Positions 61,422 to 64,000 of a DNA stretch of 64,000 nt are shown one piece after another. Made by a program: the position numbers and the translations under genes. The notes below the pieces were generated by a model. It saw only the letters and a program-made list of their open reading frames with translations. It ran no database searches and was not told the origin of the DNA. Position 1 is the stretch's first letter, and each line of letters starts with the position of its first letter. Origin of the DNA: an uncultured Gemmatimonadales bacterium (GTDB taxonomy: Bacteria; Gemmatimonadota; Gemmatimonadetes; Gemmatimonadales; Gemmatimonadaceae); contig CAVPQB010000004.1 of assembly GCA_963707505.1 (NCBI GenBank), positions 32,001 to 96,000 on the forward strand. The letters are read 5' to 3'.

Positions 61422-62886
61422 CGCGGCGGGGTTGCCTGCTGCTCGCGGCAGAGGTGTGCTCGTTCGTTCGGTAACGGAGCGTGCGACTGAGCGCGCGACT
61501 GAGCGTGCGGCGATCGAGGAATATCCTGTAGCGTATAAATTGCCGGGCGATGGTGCGCTCACGGATCAGCTGCTGTCACCGATGTGGACCGGCTCGCGTA
61601 TCTGGTGGCCGTTGTTCATCGTGTCGGGGTTGCTCGTCGTTCTGTTCCTGTACGCGATGGCGGTGACTTTCGTGCGCGGGATCGGTGCGTGGGGCAACAA
61701 CATCCCGGTGGCATGGGCATACGGGATCACCGATTTCGTATGGTGGATTGGAATCGGGCACGCGGGGACGTTCATCTCCGCCTTTCTCATTCTGCTGAAC
61801 CAGCGTTGGAGGGCATCGATCAACCGGTTCGCCGAGACGATGACGTTGTTCGCGCTCGTAAATGCGTCGCTGTTTCCGATCCTGCATCTCGGGCGGCCGT
61901 GGTTCTTCTACTGGCTCGTGCCCTATCCGGCGACGACAGGCGTGTGGCCCAACTTCAAGAGCTCGCTGCCGTGGGACGTCGCTGCGATCTCGACGTACTT
62001 CACCGTGTCGCTGTTGTTCTGGTATCTCGGGCTGGTACCGGATCTCGCAGCGGCACGGGATCGTGCGCCGGGCCTGTGGCGCAAACGTATCTATGGAATC
62101 TTCGCGCTGGGCTGGCGTGGTAGCTCGAACGAATGGCGGCACTATCGCGTTGCGTACACGTTGCTCGCGGGTCTTGCGACGCCGCTGGTGATTTCAGTGC
62201 ACAGCATCGTGAGTCTTGATTTCGCCATCACGCAATTGCCGGGATGGCACTCGACGATATTCCCGCCGTATTTCGTAGTCGGCGCGATCTACTCGGGACT
62301 GGCGATGGTGCTGTTGCTGATTCTTCCCGCGCGACGGGTGTTCCGGCTCGACAACATCATCACTGCTGCGCATCTCAGCAACATCGCGAAGTTGATGCTT
62401 GCCACAGGATCGATGCTCGCATACAGCTACATGTGCGAGGCGTTCATGGCGTGGTACAGCGGGGATCCATACGAACACTACACCATGCTGGTGGCGAGGC
62501 CACTGGGGCCGTACGCCGTGGTGTTCTGGCTCATGCTCCTGGCGAACGTCGTGACTCCGCAATTGTTCTGGTGGAAACGCATGCGGACGAGCGTCGTTGC
62601 GCTGTTCATCGTCTCGCTGTTCGTATTTGCTGGAATGTGGTGCGAGCGATTCATAATCATCGTGGGATCGCTCAATCGCGACTTCCTGCCGAGCAGCTGG
62701 CACTTCTATGCGCCGACATGGGTGGATCTGAGTCTGCTGTTTGGCAGTATCGGACTGTTCTGCTTTCTGTTCCTTGCCTTCCTGCGCTGGGTGCCGATGG
62801 TTCCCGTGAGCGAGGTCAAGCGACTGCGCTTCGAGCTGTCGCGTGGCGGAGCAGCATTGCGCAAGGGCGAAGGCAGGGTACAATGA
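61402..62886 (+). CDS. actC: ACIII NrfD-family quinol-binding subunit ActC
   Basis: [39 protein letters not shown]. Confidence 0.95.
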   Translation: MTEMTGDAAGLPAARGRGVLVRSVTERATERATERAAIEEYPVAYKLPGDGALTDQLLSPMWTGSRIWWPLFIVSGLLVVLFLYAMAVTFVRGIGAWGNNIPVAWAYGITDFVWWIGIGHAGTFISAFLILLNQRWRASINRFAETMTLFALVNASLFPILHLGRPWFFYWLVPYPATTGVWPNFKSSLPWDVAAISTYFTVSLLFWYLGLVPDLAAARDRAPGLWRKRIYGIFALGWRGSSNEWRHYRVAYTLLAGLATPLVISVHSIVSLDFAITQLPGWHSTIFPPYFVVGAIYSGLAMVLLLILPARRVFRLDNIITAAHLSNIAKLMLATGSMLAYSYMCEAFMAWYSGDPYEHYTMLVARPLGPYAVVFWLMLLANVVTPQLFWWKRMRTSVVALFIVSLFVFAGMWCERFIIIVGSLNRDFLPSSWHFYAPTWVDLSLLFGSIGLFCFLFLAFLRWVPMVPVSEVKRLRFELSRGGAALRKGEGRVQ

Positions 62887-63452
62887 GCACCGCAATGGCG
62901 CTCGTACGTGACGGTCCCGGGCGCGTTCTCGGCGAATTCACGACCGCAGATTCGATGCTCGCTGGAATCGACGCGCTCATGCGTGAAGGATATCGCACGC
63001 TGGAGACATTCACACCATTCGACATGCCCGAGCTGGACGCGCGACTCGGTTTGCGGCGATCGCGGATCGGGTGGCTCGTTGCAGCCGGCGGATTCGTGGG
63101 GATGGTGCTGGCGTACGGCATCCAGTGGTGGGCGAACGTGCATGATTATCCGCTCAACAGCGGCGGCCGGCCGGTGCACGCCGTGCCCGCATTTCTGCTG
63201 GCGACGTTCGAAGGAACCGTCTTGTTCGCTGCATTTGCGGCATTCTTCGGACTGATGATATGGTTACGGCTACCCAGGCTGTGGGCTCCGGTCGATGAGG
63301 TGGACGGTTTTGGCCGCGCATCGGTGGATCGTTTCTGGATTGCAGTGGGCATTCCAGCAGGTGAAAGCGGAGCCAGCAATGGTGGAGCGCGTGCAGCGGA
63401 GCTGATGCGTGGCGCTGGCGCGTTGCGTACCGTCGGGCCGGTCGGGATATGA
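62883..63452 (+). CDS. actD: ACIII ActD (DUF3341)
   Basis: [24 protein letters not shown]. Confidence 0.9.
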   Translation: MSTAMALVRDGPGRVLGEFTTADSMLAGIDALMREGYRTLETFTPFDMPELDARLGLRRSRIGWLVAAGGFVGMVLAYGIQWWANVHDYPLNSGGRPVHAVPAFLLATFEGTVLFAAFAAFFGLMIWLRLPRLWAPVDEVDGFGRASVDRFWIAVGIPAGESGASNGGARAAELMRGAGALRTVGPVGI

Positions 63453-63991
63453 CTGGAACGTTCCGCGCGGGTATTGTATGCGTCTCCGTGTTGGTCGCTG
63501 CGAGCGGCTGTTCCGAGCGCATGGGGAAGGGCTGGGACTGGAATCGCATGCGCACGCAGCCCAAGTACCAGCCGTATCGCGGCAGCGCGTTCTTTTCCGA
63601 TGGGAAGGCGATGCAGCTGCCTCCGGCTGGCACGATGTCACGGGAGAGTGGGGCAATGGTCACGACGCCGATCGCGATCAGCGCTCGAGTCATCGCGCGT
63701 GGCGCGTCGCAGTTTCACATCTATTGCGCCGTATGTCATGGCGAGCGGGGCGATGGCGCAAGCATCGTAGCGAGCAACATGGAGCAGCCAAAGCCGCCGT
63801 CTCTCATCACGCCTCCGGTCAGCCTCATGCCGGCGAGCGTCGTCGCAACGGTGATAACCAATGGAGTGGGGACGATGCCACCGTTCGCGGCTGAGCTATC
63901 ACCGGCTGACCGACAGGCAGTTGCCGCATACGTCGCGACACTGCAACGCAAGGCGGGCGTGGGTATCGTCCGTACGCCGCCCGGACAATGA
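63449..63991 (+). CDS. actE: ACIII monoheme cytochrome c lipoprotein ActE
   Basis: Lipobox SGC; MRTQPKYQP; CAVCH; MPPF; next ATG at 63988 (probably actF). Confidence 0.9.
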   Translation: MTGTFRAGIVCVSVLVAASGCSERMGKGWDWNRMRTQPKYQPYRGSAFFSDGKAMQLPPAGTMSRESGAMVTTPIAISARVIARGASQFHIYCAVCHGERGDGASIVASNMEQPKPPSLITPPVSLMPASVVATVITNGVGTMPPFAAELSPADRQAVAAYVATLQRKAGVGIVRTPPGQ

Positions 63992-64000
63992 GCGGAAGCG

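Noticed and set aside
1..64000. tRNA, rRNA, riboswitch, IS, integrase, prophage or defence system
   Set aside because: No recognisable signatures by eye; covariance-model and HMM searches were not possible

Overview
GC-rich bacterial chromosomal window. The gene families (plug-only carboxypeptidase-regulatory-domain protein, GWxTD-like protein, SARP/BTAD, ECF/DUF4097 modules, PEP-CTERM) point to Gemmatimonadota (inference). No rRNA, tRNA, CRISPR, transposase or phage genes were recognised. In order it holds: the 3' half of a Cyc2-like cytochrome-porin; a molybdate/tungstate ABC permease and ATPase; a rearranged suf Fe-S locus (sufU, sufS divergent from sufBCD); mixed housekeeping and envelope genes; two paralogous ECF sigma/anti-sigma modules; nhaA; a TipA-like MerR regulator divergent from a flavin split-barrel::MenA fusion; yeiH/yeiE; a PEP-CTERM protein; a SufR-like regulator; a three-gene module (small helical protein, KaiC-like double ATPase with C-terminal HTH, histidine kinase); a GH144-like glucanase; and an alternative complex III operon (actABCDE) running off the end. 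Two REP families and many 11-15 bp tandem repeats occur. About 12 small indels break 10 otherwise intact genes, most likely from read or assembly error, so pseudogene calls need caution. Best candidates for new biology are the KaiC-HTH/kinase module, Cyc2 plus ACIII, the PNPOx-MenA fusion and the remote SufR-like regulator. All family assignments are motif recognition by eye; no database searches were run.
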